The notes beneath the pieces are model-generated. The model was not told the origin of the DNA, made no database searches, and was given only the letters and a program-made list of their open reading frames with translations. A stretch of DNA of 64,000 bases from positions 1 to 64,000 of IMG/VR virus record IMGVR_UViG_3300008952_000005; one strand, 5' to 3'. Position numbers and translations under genes: made by a program. The DNA is from a virus. Shown here piece after piece: positions 27,964-37,228 of this stretch. Within the stretch, counting starts at the first letter, position 1. Each line of letters starts with the position of its first letter.

Positions 27964-29228
27964 CCGTATATTACCATTACTCTCATTAAGTTATCCCAAA
28001 ACAAATCTGTTAAAAAATATCCATATAGTATTGGAAAAGTATCTACTCTCTTTAAATAATAACCTATTATACTTAATACAACCAATGATATTAACAACCA
28101 CTCTCTTACTGGATATATAATAATACTCATTAAAGAAATAAAAAGTAATATAAAATAAGTCAATACATTTTTATGTTTCTTCAAGTGATATGCTACCATA
28201 CCTAATAAATTAAAACACTTCCAAGATAAGAATAAACATATTGCTAATATGATTGGTATGTAATAGAATATATTAGTAAAGATAGATAGATTATCTACAT
28301 TAAAAACAAATCCTTGTGCTAGTATTAAATAGTAAATTAATACTTCACTACCAACAATAGGTATACCAAGTACTATTAAAGGTATCAAAGAACTTAACGC
28401 ACCACTATTGTTTGCTGATTCTGCTGCCGCTATTTTCTTTATATCTGTTTTAACTAAATTAGCACTTAAATAACTTCCTAAAATATTAGTTACTCCTGGT
28501 ACAAGACCACACCAAAAACCAACAAAACTTCCTACACCAGTTGCAGGTAATGTACTCTTTGCTATACCAAATTTTCTAATTGATTTTTGTTTAGACATCT
28601 TTAAATCTCTAAACTTTAATATTTCAGGTACAATATATAACCCTATCATTACAGCACTAAAAGGAATACCTAGAGTTAAATAGTCAAAACCAAATGTTCC
28701 CCAAGATTGAAAAGTTATATTATCAAATCCTATCTTTGCTAATATACCACCAAATAAAAATAGAAGTATAGTCTTCCATATCTTTTGTTTTGATAATAGA
28801 GTTAATAATAAAACTGCTAAACAAACAATAGATAGTTGTATAGTACTATTATAAAATTGAAATATACTATAGATACTAGGTAGAAATATTAAGAATAAAC
28901 CTATTGCAAATATAGAACCTAATGTACTTGAAATAGCATTAGTACTTACAGCAAGATGTCCTTCTCCCTTTAAGAATAGATTATGTCCGTGTCTAGCAGT
29001 AGTTACAGCGGCAGCGTCACCTGGTATTCCATAGAGAATACTTGTAACTGAATTTGTATAATTCGTTGTAAGAATAAGTGAAATATAAAATAGTAATATA
29101 TTAAAAGGGTCTAAAAAAAATAGTAAAGGATAGATTGTTGCAACTGCTAAAAAAGGTCCTGCACCAGGTATAATTCCGAAGACAACACCTGTCAATATTC
29201 CAATCAAACACCATACTAAACCAAACAT
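27960..29228 (-). CDS. tctA: tripartite tricarboxylate transporter large subunit TctA-like
   Basis: GILTGVVFGIIPGAG, ILYGIPGDAAAVTT..HG..L...GEG, GFWCGLVPGV, IAAAESANNSGALSSLIPLIVLGIP; multipass hydrophobic. Confidence 0.85.
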   Translation of the reverse strand: MFGLVWCLIGILTGVVFGIIPGAGPFLAVATIYPLLFFLDPFNILLFYISLILTTNYTNSVTSILYGIPGDAAAVTTARHGHNLFLKGEGHLAVSTNAISSTLGSIFAIGLFLIFLPSIYSIFQFYNSTIQLSIVCLAVLLLTLLSKQKIWKTILLFLFGGILAKIGFDNITFQSWGTFGFDYLTLGIPFSAVMIGLYIVPEILKFRDLKMSKQKSIRKFGIAKSTLPATGVGSFVGFWCGLVPGVTNILGSYLSANLVKTDIKKIAAAESANNSGALSSLIPLIVLGIPIVGSEVLIYYLILAQGFVFNVDNLSIFTNIFYYIPIILAICLFLSWKCFNLLGMVAYHLKKHKNVLTYFILLFISLMSIIIYPVREWLLISLVVLSIIGYYLKRVDTFPILYGYFLTDLFWDNLMRVMVIYG

Positions 29229-29713
29229 AACTGGTTATCAACGTCTATGGAAGATAAAGACTGGGTTTGATATGCTCCAACAATATGAATACGGTCTACT
29301 TTTGAACAATTTAAAGCAGTATGTTTTTGTGTTGTATCTATAACATACGCCGTACCATCAGCAGGTAAATGAACCATTTTACCATTTAATAACAACCAAC
29401 AATGTTCGTGTGTTTGTATTGGTATATGAAGTCTTTTAGTTTTATCATTATGCCAATAGTAGCAAGTTTTAGGTTTCATTTTCATTAATCTTGTTCTTAC
29501 AATATTATTAAATTTAATAATTGAATTAATATATGGTATATCAAATAGTGGAATATTAAAGTTTTTTTCAGTTTCATCAACAATTAAATAATTTTGACCA
29601 ATAGTAGGTGCAATAGGATTCATATCTTTAGTGTCACCTTGTAAATATATTTGATAATCATATTCAGGCAATGTTGATAATTCTTTTTTAATTCTTTCTA
29701 AATCGTATTTCAT
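29216..29713 (-). CDS. aspartyl/asparaginyl beta-hydroxylase-like 2OG-Fe(II) oxygenase
   Basis: RTRLMKMKP, WHND..KRLHIPIQT, HLPADGTAYVIDTTQKHTALN, DRIHIV. Confidence 0.8.
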   Translation of the reverse strand: MKYDLERIKKELSTLPEYDYQIYLQGDTKDMNPIAPTIGQNYLIVDETEKNFNIPLFDIPYINSIIKFNNIVRTRLMKMKPKTCYYWHNDKTKRLHIPIQTHEHCWLLLNGKMVHLPADGTAYVIDTTQKHTALNCSKVDRIHIVGAYQTQSLSSIDVDNQLCLV

Positions 29714-30282
29714 TTTACTCCTATCACCATATATCTATCACAATTTTCCAATTTCAAAGTACCCCTATATAATATTTTTTCTAATTTTAAAGTCTTCTCA
29801 AATTCTATTACACTATTATGACAATTAATATGTTCTTTTATTTTAAAATAATTGTTTGATTGTAATATAACTAACGCACTCTTTTTTATTCTTTTCAACA
29901 TATCATCAATAACCTTTTGTTCAAGGTGTTCGCAAGAAGTACATACAACTACATCATATGTTTTAAAATTAAAGTATTCTATTTTAGCAGTTGCAAAGGT
30001 AACACCTGGATAAAGTTGATGTCCTATGGTTTTACATTGTGGGTCCTTATCAAAAGAAATAACTACATTTTCTACAAGTCCTGATTTTATTTTATTCGCT
30101 AAATTACCATACCAACCAGCAGCCACACATATTTTAGGATTATCAAAAAATTTAAAGTATTCTATTGACTTTTCTATAAGCCAATCTTTGCTTTTTTCCT
30201 GGTTATCGTTTATTGAGTTTATGATAGACTTGACTTGTTTGTCCGTGGTCACCCTATCAATCACCTGTAATATTGTATCCAT
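29710..30282 (-). CDS. class I SAM-dependent methyltransferase-like protein
   Basis: KICVAAGWYG motif I, SFDKDP motif II, YDVVVCTSCEH, VILQSNNY. Confidence 0.6.
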   Translation of the reverse strand: MDTILQVIDRVTTDKQVKSIINSINDNQEKSKDWLIEKSIEYFKFFDNPKICVAAGWYGNLANKIKSGLVENVVISFDKDPQCKTIGHQLYPGVTFATAKIEYFNFKTYDVVVCTSCEHLEQKVIDDMLKRIKKSALVILQSNNYFKIKEHINCHNSVIEFEKTLKLEKILYRGTLKLENCDRYMVIGVK

Positions 30283-30306
30283 AATCTTTACTAAATAGTC
30301 TAGTAA

Positions 30307-30314
30307 TATTTATA
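30307..30314 (-). promoter_or_regulatory. T4-type late promoter for methyltransferase-hydroxylase-tctA-ATP-grasp operon
   Basis: Exact match, intergenic. Confidence 0.75.
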
Positions 30315-30328
30315 AGAGTATGAGGATG

Positions 30329-31213
30329 ATGAAAAGAGTAATTTATAGTATCTATGTTGATGTACCAGCGAAAGAACATTTTGGTAAACTAGAGCCAGCT
30401 AGAATTGGTAGTTATAATAAACTTGCAAAAGCTAATAAAGTAAGAAACGCTTTTAAAAAGCATTACAACAAACTACTTGAATCTAAACAACGCTATAGTA
30501 AAGCTATAGGTGTACCTTTCTTAATGTATGAGTATGATAAACAATATCAAACCTTTGAAAAGAATTTACTTAAAGACTTTCCAGAAATAACAGGATATGA
30601 AGTAGTCAATTTCTACAAGATACATTTACTTTGTCAATTAGCAAAAGAATATGATGAAATTTTGTATTTAGATTTTGATGCTATACCTGTGACCAAAGAT
30701 TCCTTTTTTGACGCTTGGGATTTATCAAAAGGTATTTGTGTCTATCATAATAATCATATGGTTAATGTTAACCGTGTTCCTATTGATGACCTTGTAGAAA
30801 GTACCAGAAGTCCATCAGCAAAATATTATAATTGCCAAGCTATGCTTCTTGAAAAAGGACATCAACCAGATAATGATGTAATCAATACTGGTATCATTGG
30901 AGCTAGAAAAGAAGATATACTTAAACTAAATTATTTTGCTGAGTTTAAAGATACAATAGATTTAATGACTAAATTAAAAGATGAAAAAGATGGTATGTAC
31001 CCTAGTAATATTACCAAAATGTTTCGCTATGATAATGAAACAATCTTTTCTTATAAACTAAAAACAAATAATGTTAATGTACAATGGTTTGATAACAAAT
31101 GGCATTACTTTTTTGATAGACAACACTTTATAGAAAAAGGAACAAAAATAGTACACGCTGTCTGTAAAGAATTTGATGTTGTATGGAGGTTTGATGAAAA
31201 ACATAATTTATAG
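30329..31213 (+). CDS. glycosyltransferase (GT-A fold, DxD)
   Basis: YDEILYLDFDAIP, INTGIIG, YDNETIF, KIVHAV; start set after GAGG RBS. Confidence 0.65.
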   Translation: MKRVIYSIYVDVPAKEHFGKLEPARIGSYNKLAKANKVRNAFKKHYNKLLESKQRYSKAIGVPFLMYEYDKQYQTFEKNLLKDFPEITGYEVVNFYKIHLLCQLAKEYDEILYLDFDAIPVTKDSFFDAWDLSKGICVYHNNHMVNVNRVPIDDLVESTRSPSAKYYNCQAMLLEKGHQPDNDVINTGIIGARKEDILKLNYFAEFKDTIDLMTKLKDEKDGMYPSNITKMFRYDNETIFSYKLKTNNVNVQWFDNKWHYFFDRQHFIEKGTKIVHAVCKEFDVVWRFDEKHNL

Positions 31214-32072
31214 TATCTATATAGAAAATGATGATACGAATTTAATGGATAGACACCAGGTTACCAAAGTCCAATTAAAAAAACATTTTCAAAAACTATT
31301 AGATGTTAAGAAAGAATATGCTAAGCATTGCAATGCTGAATATAGACTTTATGAAAATGATACCTACTGGCAAAAATTTAAAAAGAAATATAATGTTTAT
31401 CAATTTGATACCATCAATCTATACAAGATACATTTATGGGAAGAGTTAGGTAAGGAATATGATAATGTTCTTTACTTTGATTTTGATGTAGTACCTAACA
31501 CAACTGAATCCTTTTTTGAAAAATTTGATTTGAATAAGATATGTGTTCACGCAATTAATTCAACCCAAGAAAATACTTGGTCTCAAAGTGATATTAAAAA
31601 ATTTAAAAAAAATGATGTTGATTTTGAAACTATAATGTCCCATAAAGACAGATATAATATGTATGTTAAAGCAATGTGTAAAAAAGCAATGCTAGCAATA
31701 GACAATAATTATAAAGCAGATTATTTAATTCCTAATACAGCAATATTAGGAGGCAATTCAACCATCATAAAAGAACTAAAATTTACAGAGCGTTTAGATG
31801 ATATGATAGCAATATTAAACCAAGCAAAAGAAGAAAAACTATTTGGAGAGAATATATCAAAACTATTCTTTGCAAATAATGAAGTCTTTTTTCAATATCT
31901 AGTAGATAAATATAAACTACAATGGTATAATTTACCTTACGAATGGCATACTTATATTATGGAAGCTGGAGGTAAATTTGCTAATGATGAAATATCAAAA
32001 GAAATAATATCAAAAGCAAAACTAGTACATTTAATAAACAAAAGATTTGACGAACTATGGGAGGTAATATAA
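31194..32072 (+). CDS. glycosyltransferase (GT-A fold, DxD), paralogue of upstream gene
   Basis: YDNVLYFDFDVVP, NTAILGG, ANNEVFF, KLVHLI; GGAGG RBS before ATG 31194. Confidence 0.65.
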   Translation: MKNIIYSIYIENDDTNLMDRHQVTKVQLKKHFQKLLDVKKEYAKHCNAEYRLYENDTYWQKFKKKYNVYQFDTINLYKIHLWEELGKEYDNVLYFDFDVVPNTTESFFEKFDLNKICVHAINSTQENTWSQSDIKKFKKNDVDFETIMSHKDRYNMYVKAMCKKAMLAIDNNYKADYLIPNTAILGGNSTIIKELKFTERLDDMIAILNQAKEEKLFGENISKLFFANNEVFFQYLVDKYKLQWYNLPYEWHTYIMEAGGKFANDEISKEIISKAKLVHLINKRFDELWEVI

Positions 32073-33214
32073 TGTGGAAATTTCCTATTGACATAATGCT
32101 AGATGTAACTACTCGTTGCAATGCTGGTTGTCCTCAATGTCATAGAACCGATCCAATGGGTTTAAAAAAAGCTAGTTGGTTACCAGATATTAGTTGGACT
32201 TTAGAAGAATTTAAACAAGCTCTTCCTGAAAAATTATGTAAACACATTTATAATTATGATTTCTGTGGAACCTGGGGTGATTGTTTAACCAATCCAGATA
32301 TATTACCTATGGTAAAATATATTAAAGAAAATGCCCATCCCGAAGTTTCTATTTGCATTAATACAAATGGTTCATTGAGAAATGAGGAGTTTTGGTGGGA
32401 TTTAGGTGTAGCAGGTGGTAAAAACCTACAAGTTGTTTTTTGTGTTGAAGGTACAAACCAAGAAATGCACCAAAATTATAGACAATTTACTTTCTTGAAA
32501 AAAATATTTGACAATATGGATACACTTGCACTTACGAAAGCAGTAATAAGAACACAAACTTTAGTGTGGAAACATAATGAAAAACATTTACCTGAAATTG
32601 AAAAAATGTGTATGGATCACGGTTCAATAAGACACCATTTTGTTGCAACTGATAGATGGCACGAAGGAGATAATTTAAAATTTTCTATTAAAGGTAAACC
32701 AGGAATTTTAGAAGCAACCTCACCAGATTGGCAAAAAGTTTTTAGACAAACACACCAAGAACTTTCCAATACACAAGCAAGAAGTGAACTTGATAATAGA
32801 CCAAACTATACCAGAATAGATAGAAGAAGATTTACAACACAAAAGATTAAAGTAGGTGTAGGTGAACATAAATTAATGAAAAAATTAGAACAAAAAGCAA
32901 AAACTTGCCCGATTAACTGTGAATGGGGAGTTAGAAACAAAGTTGTAATTAATCCAGATGGTCAAGTTTTACCTTGTTGTTATTTCTGTAATCCTCATTA
33001 CTATCATAAAAACGACCCAAAAATGAGAAAACGATTTATAGAACATCCAATTATGCAAGAATATCAAAAACACCAAAAAGAACTTAATGTATTTTCTGCT
33101 AATTTAATGGATATAATTTCTCACCAATGGTTTCAAAAAACATTACCAGATAGTTGGAACACACCTAATCCAGTATCTCAATGTTCCAAATATTGTCAGA
33201 ACTATAAATTATAA
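32072..33214 (+). CDS. radical SAM protein with C-terminal SPASM/twitch domain
   Basis: CNAGCPQC; FCGTWGD; INTNG; CEW...INPDGQVLPCCYFC...CSKYC. Confidence 0.9.
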   Translation: MWKFPIDIMLDVTTRCNAGCPQCHRTDPMGLKKASWLPDISWTLEEFKQALPEKLCKHIYNYDFCGTWGDCLTNPDILPMVKYIKENAHPEVSICINTNGSLRNEEFWWDLGVAGGKNLQVVFCVEGTNQEMHQNYRQFTFLKKIFDNMDTLALTKAVIRTQTLVWKHNEKHLPEIEKMCMDHGSIRHHFVATDRWHEGDNLKFSIKGKPGILEATSPDWQKVFRQTHQELSNTQARSELDNRPNYTRIDRRRFTTQKIKVGVGEHKLMKKLEQKAKTCPINCEWGVRNKVVINPDGQVLPCCYFCNPHYYHKNDPKMRKRFIEHPIMQEYQKHQKELNVFSANLMDIISHQWFQKTLPDSWNTPNPVSQCSKYCQNYKL

Positions 33215-34392
33215 TGTTTGAATCTGAAATAAAAAAATTCTATGAAGATAATAAGGCATATTGCACTATGCCCTTTAAAGAAATTTATTCGGATAGTGCT
33301 GGTCGTTATAGACTTTGCTGCCACGCAAAACAATATATACCTATAAACAAATATAATGTTAATAACACTACACCATTTAAATTTTTTAAATCTCCTGAAA
33401 TGGAAGAGTTAAGAAATAAAATGTTAGCAGGTAAACAAGTGGATGCTTGTAGAGTATGTTATAAATTAGAAGAAACAAGTGGCGAATCATATAGAAATGG
33501 AGTAGGGTCAGAAACATTTAGTAAAAATTTAGGAATACTTTTAGAACCTAATAGAGTAGGAATAAAATTAAGAGTACATAGCACCTATTGTAATTTGAGT
33601 TGTTATATGTGTCATCCTTTTAATTCATCTACTAGAAGAAATGAAGTGAAAGAAATTTATGGTCCAAATGCTTTATCAGGTATCGCTGGTGCCACTATGG
33701 GTTGGGCAAATGAATCATTTAAAAGTGTAAATCATAAAGAATGGAATGATATTAAAAAAGATATTTTAGATAATGCTGATTTATTAGGTTATATGAATAT
33801 GACTGGCGGGGAACCTTTACAATTACCAAAACAATGGGAACTTTTAGATGAAATACCAAAAGAACACGCAAAACATATCACTTTATATTTTAATACCAAC
33901 TTAACAGAATTAAGATGGAAAAAGTGGAATATATTTGATTATGTTGATAAATTTGAAAAAATAGAATTTGGAGTATCGTGTGACCACTATGGAAGAAAAT
34001 TAGATTGGATGAGATATCCTATTGATAGAGTAAAATTTGAATCTAATTTAAAAGAGGCAAAAGATTTAATAAAAGAAATAAATTTGACCTCTTCAATATT
34101 AAACATTTTTGATTTAATTGAAATTAGAAATTACTATAGGGACAACTTTGGCATACCTATGACATTTCAAAATATAGTTAGAGGACCTTTTATGTTATCA
34201 ATAAGAAATCTAAAACAAAAAGATAAAGATATATTATTAAAAAAATATGAAAAACTACCTGACTATAGTTATATAAAATCAGAATTATTATTAAAACCTT
34301 TTGATCCTAACCATAAAGAAATGAAAAAATATTGTGATGACTTATCTAAACATAGAAACTTTAACTGGCGTGAACTTTGGAATGAATTTTAA
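33214..34392 (+). CDS. radical SAM protein with N-terminal twitch domain
   Basis: CTMPF...GRYRLCC...CRVCY; CNLSCYMC; MTGGEPL; FNTNLT. Confidence 0.9.
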   Translation: MFESEIKKFYEDNKAYCTMPFKEIYSDSAGRYRLCCHAKQYIPINKYNVNNTTPFKFFKSPEMEELRNKMLAGKQVDACRVCYKLEETSGESYRNGVGSETFSKNLGILLEPNRVGIKLRVHSTYCNLSCYMCHPFNSSTRRNEVKEIYGPNALSGIAGATMGWANESFKSVNHKEWNDIKKDILDNADLLGYMNMTGGEPLQLPKQWELLDEIPKEHAKHITLYFNTNLTELRWKKWNIFDYVDKFEKIEFGVSCDHYGRKLDWMRYPIDRVKFESNLKEAKDLIKEINLTSSILNIFDLIEIRNYYRDNFGIPMTFQNIVRGPFMLSIRNLKQKDKDILLKKYEKLPDYSYIKSELLLKPFDPNHKEMKKYCDDLSKHRNFNWRELWNEF

Positions 34393-35050
34393 AGATAGAA
34401 ATATTAACATTGATTTAACCTTTAGATGTCCTTTAGAATGTCCAAAATGTTTGCGACAAGCTATTAGAGATATAGGATTTAAAATACCAGGTCAAGATAT
34501 GCCATTAGATGACCTTAAAAAAATGGCAAATTACTTTAAAGGATTAATTTTTTGTGGTCAAATTTCTGACCCTATATTTCATCCAAAATTTATAGAAATA
34601 TTAAAGTATTGTTCAGACAATAATATACCGACAATAATTAATACCGCTGCTTCACAAAGACCTATGAAGTGGTATAAAAAAGCATTTGAAGCACACCCTA
34701 AAGCAGAATGGTTATTTGGTATAGATGGTTTACCTGAAGATAGCCATAAGTATAGAATACACCAAGATGGCAAACATCTTTTTGAAATGATGAAATTATG
34801 TGCTAAAATGGGTCTTACTTCTCGTTGGCAATATATTGTTTTTAATTACAATGAAAATGATATAGAAACTTGTAGCAAAATGGCAAGAGATAATGGTATT
34901 CTATTTGATGTAATTTATTCAGGTCGTTGGAGTACAAGAGATAAGTATAAACCTAAACATCCAAATCTATATTTAAATAGTAAACAAAATTCATTGAACA
35001 AGTTTTTCCCAAAAAAATTTAGTAAAGGATTGAAAGAAATAGAATGGTAA
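34382..35050 (+). CDS. radical SAM protein (core only)
   Basis: IDLTFRCPLECPKC; FCGQISDP; INTAAS; FGIDG; WQYIVFNYNE. Confidence 0.85.
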   Translation: MNFKDRNINIDLTFRCPLECPKCLRQAIRDIGFKIPGQDMPLDDLKKMANYFKGLIFCGQISDPIFHPKFIEILKYCSDNNIPTIINTAASQRPMKWYKKAFEAHPKAEWLFGIDGLPEDSHKYRIHQDGKHLFEMMKLCAKMGLTSRWQYIVFNYNENDIETCSKMARDNGILFDVIYSGRWSTRDKYKPKHPNLYLNSKQNSLNKFFPKKFSKGLKEIEW

Positions 35051-36135
35051 AAATTTATCCAAAATGTCTGCATAAAAAAGAACTTTCTTATACAGCAACT
35101 GGTTATTTACTGCCGTGTTGCTGGTTAGATAATCCTATAGGGTGGCAAGAACCTCAAATAAAAAGATTAATGCAAAAACATTTATTACTTAAAAACAATG
35201 AAAAGGTAGAAGATATTATTAATAGTAAAGAATGGAAAGAATATTTTGAAGAATTAAAAACTAATCCATCATTAACTTGTCAAAAATATTGTAGTGTACC
35301 TTTACATCAAGCAATAAACAAAGCAAGAGAAAAATATAACAGAAATTATTATGAACATCAAGATTATAAATCAAATGTTAAAGACCAAAAAATAAAAATA
35401 TGTTGTGTTTATTTTAAAGGAAAATATTCACCTGATTATGTTGCAAAACTTTATAATGGATTAAAAACATACTGTACACTACCATTTGAGTTTATATGTT
35501 ATAGTGATAATCCAAATGTCAAAGCAGATGTAGTAATACCTTTAAAACCTCATAGTGATATAAAATATCATTGGCACAAACTAACTTTCTTCTCACCTCT
35601 ATTTGCATATCAAAAACCAGGTGATGAAATTATTATTATGGATATAGACCAAATTATTACAGGCAATGTAGATGATATGATTGGATGGCCTGTAGCAGAC
35701 AATGAAATAATAACTTACAATAAATGGTGGGGTAAAAGACAAACACCAAAAATTCAAGGAGGTTTTATAAAATTTAAATCAGGAACAGGTACCGTTATAT
35801 GGGATAGTTTTATAAAAGCTGTAGAGTATTGGCAACTATTTTATTATAATAATAATATAGTACATTACAAATATTTTGGTGAACAAAATTTTATCAAAGA
35901 TAGAGCCAATAAAAATAATATAACCATAACATTAATGAATCCAGAATGGGTAGGAGTATATGGTTCAGATAAAAAACAAAATGATATAAACCATAGAAGA
36001 TATATAGAAGATGGTTTTGGAGATTATATGATATTAGATAAACCAAATCCAAAAATAAAGATTGTACATTTTGCTAACCCTCTAACAACTATACATCATT
36101 GTAAAGATGATTGGATAAAGGACTATTGGAAATGA
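35044..36135 (+). CDS. twitch/SPASM domain fused to glycosyltransferase
   Basis: N-terminal CLH...ATGYLLPCCWLD...CQKYC; then ICCVYFKGKYSPDYV..LY, WHKLTFF, IIMDIDQII, FGEQNFI, IVHF. Confidence 0.75.
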   Translation: MVKIYPKCLHKKELSYTATGYLLPCCWLDNPIGWQEPQIKRLMQKHLLLKNNEKVEDIINSKEWKEYFEELKTNPSLTCQKYCSVPLHQAINKAREKYNRNYYEHQDYKSNVKDQKIKICCVYFKGKYSPDYVAKLYNGLKTYCTLPFEFICYSDNPNVKADVVIPLKPHSDIKYHWHKLTFFSPLFAYQKPGDEIIIMDIDQIITGNVDDMIGWPVADNEIITYNKWWGKRQTPKIQGGFIKFKSGTGTVIWDSFIKAVEYWQLFYYNNNIVHYKYFGEQNFIKDRANKNNITITLMNPEWVGVYGSDKKQNDINHRRYIEDGFGDYMILDKPNPKIKIVHFANPLTTIHHCKDDWIKDYWK

Positions 36136-36698
36136 GAATAATTTGTGTAAATACAGGAGATAAGTTTGGTACTTGGTATGTTAAGAATTTAAAACATATG
36201 ATTGATACTTACTCTGGTTTAAAGTATGATGAATTTGTTGTTATATCTTCTGAAAATTACAAAGGTGTTTTTAATAAACTCCAAATGTTTGACATCTATA
36301 GAGATGGAGAAAACTTATATTTTGATTTAGATATTTGTATCTATGGTAAAGTACCTAATTTAATTAGAAAAGACCCAACAGTTTTACACGCTTGGTGGAG
36401 AGATAGAGACCATACAACATTTAATTCATCTATTATATCTTGGACTGGCGACCAATCTTACATCTATAATACATTTAAAAAAGACCCTAAAATGTGGCAA
36501 GAAAAATATAACAAAGGTATTGATGAAATGTTAGAAAAAGAAAAATTGGTTGTTAACACTTATGATAAAGTTTGTTATTCTGTAAAAGGTAATGAATACA
36601 AACCTAAAGATGATAATTATAGTATTATGTTATTTAATCAAAGTCAATATTTAATGGAACAAGGTTGGACTGGTTGGTGGACTAATTACTTTATTTAA
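36132..36698 (+). CDS. glycosyltransferase (GT-A fold)
   Basis: IICVNTGDKF...YVKNL, FNKLQMF, LYFDLDICI, FNSSIISW. Confidence 0.7.
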   Translation: MRIICVNTGDKFGTWYVKNLKHMIDTYSGLKYDEFVVISSENYKGVFNKLQMFDIYRDGENLYFDLDICIYGKVPNLIRKDPTVLHAWWRDRDHTTFNSSIISWTGDQSYIYNTFKKDPKMWQEKYNKGIDEMLEKEKLVVNTYDKVCYSVKGNEYKPKDDNYSIMLFNQSQYLMEQGWTGWWTNYFI

Positions 36699-37228
36699 TT
36701 ATATAAATCATCACCAGCAAATGGTCTTACCAATTCATCTCTAATTTTAAGATATTCTCTAAAAGCAGCTATAGGTGTTTTTGCTCTTCTAATATTACTC
36801 TTTGCTTTTTCATTTTTAGAATGTTTAACTTCTTCTAATTCAAATAAAAATAATTTAAAATTAAATAAACGGTCTATATGTTCCTTTTTAGAACTTAAAA
36901 GAAAATCAAACAATGCATTAAAAAAAACTTCTGATTGAGATTTATTAGTAATTTGTAATACCTTTTTAAAGAGACCCTTCTTTTCTGCTATTTTTATAAT
37001 TTGTTCCTCAAAAGCTTTTGTTTCTTCCTTTTTCTTTTGCCAAGTATTTTCGTGAAGTTGGTCTAAAGGACAAACCTTTAATAATTCTTGACAAGTTGGA
37101 TCATCTGTACTGTATTCAACTATATGAGAAATAACTTTTTCATTTTTTTCATCTCTTAATAAAATCTCAATATTTTTTCTTTCATTATCTATAAAGTTTG
37201 CTGTAATAAAATTTTCTTTTGTTATCAT
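36695..37228 (-). CDS. hypothetical protein
   Basis: Intact 177-aa ORF with RBS, start overlapping the epimerase stop. Confidence 0.7.
   Translation of the reverse strand: MITKENFITANFIDNERKNIEILLRDEKNEKVISHIVEYSTDDPTCQELLKVCPLDQLHENTWQKKKEETKAFEEQIIKIAEKKGLFKKVLQITNKSQSEVFFNALFDFLLSSKKEHIDRLFNFKLFLFELEEVKHSKNEKAKSNIRRAKTPIAAFREYLKIRDELVRPFAGDDLYN

Noticed and set aside
32072-35050. Radical SAM genes as HemN or AhbC/AhbD heme-pathway enzymes
   Set aside because: No HemN-specific motifs recognised. The context is glycosyltransferases, and HemF already covers that step. A similarity network would settle it
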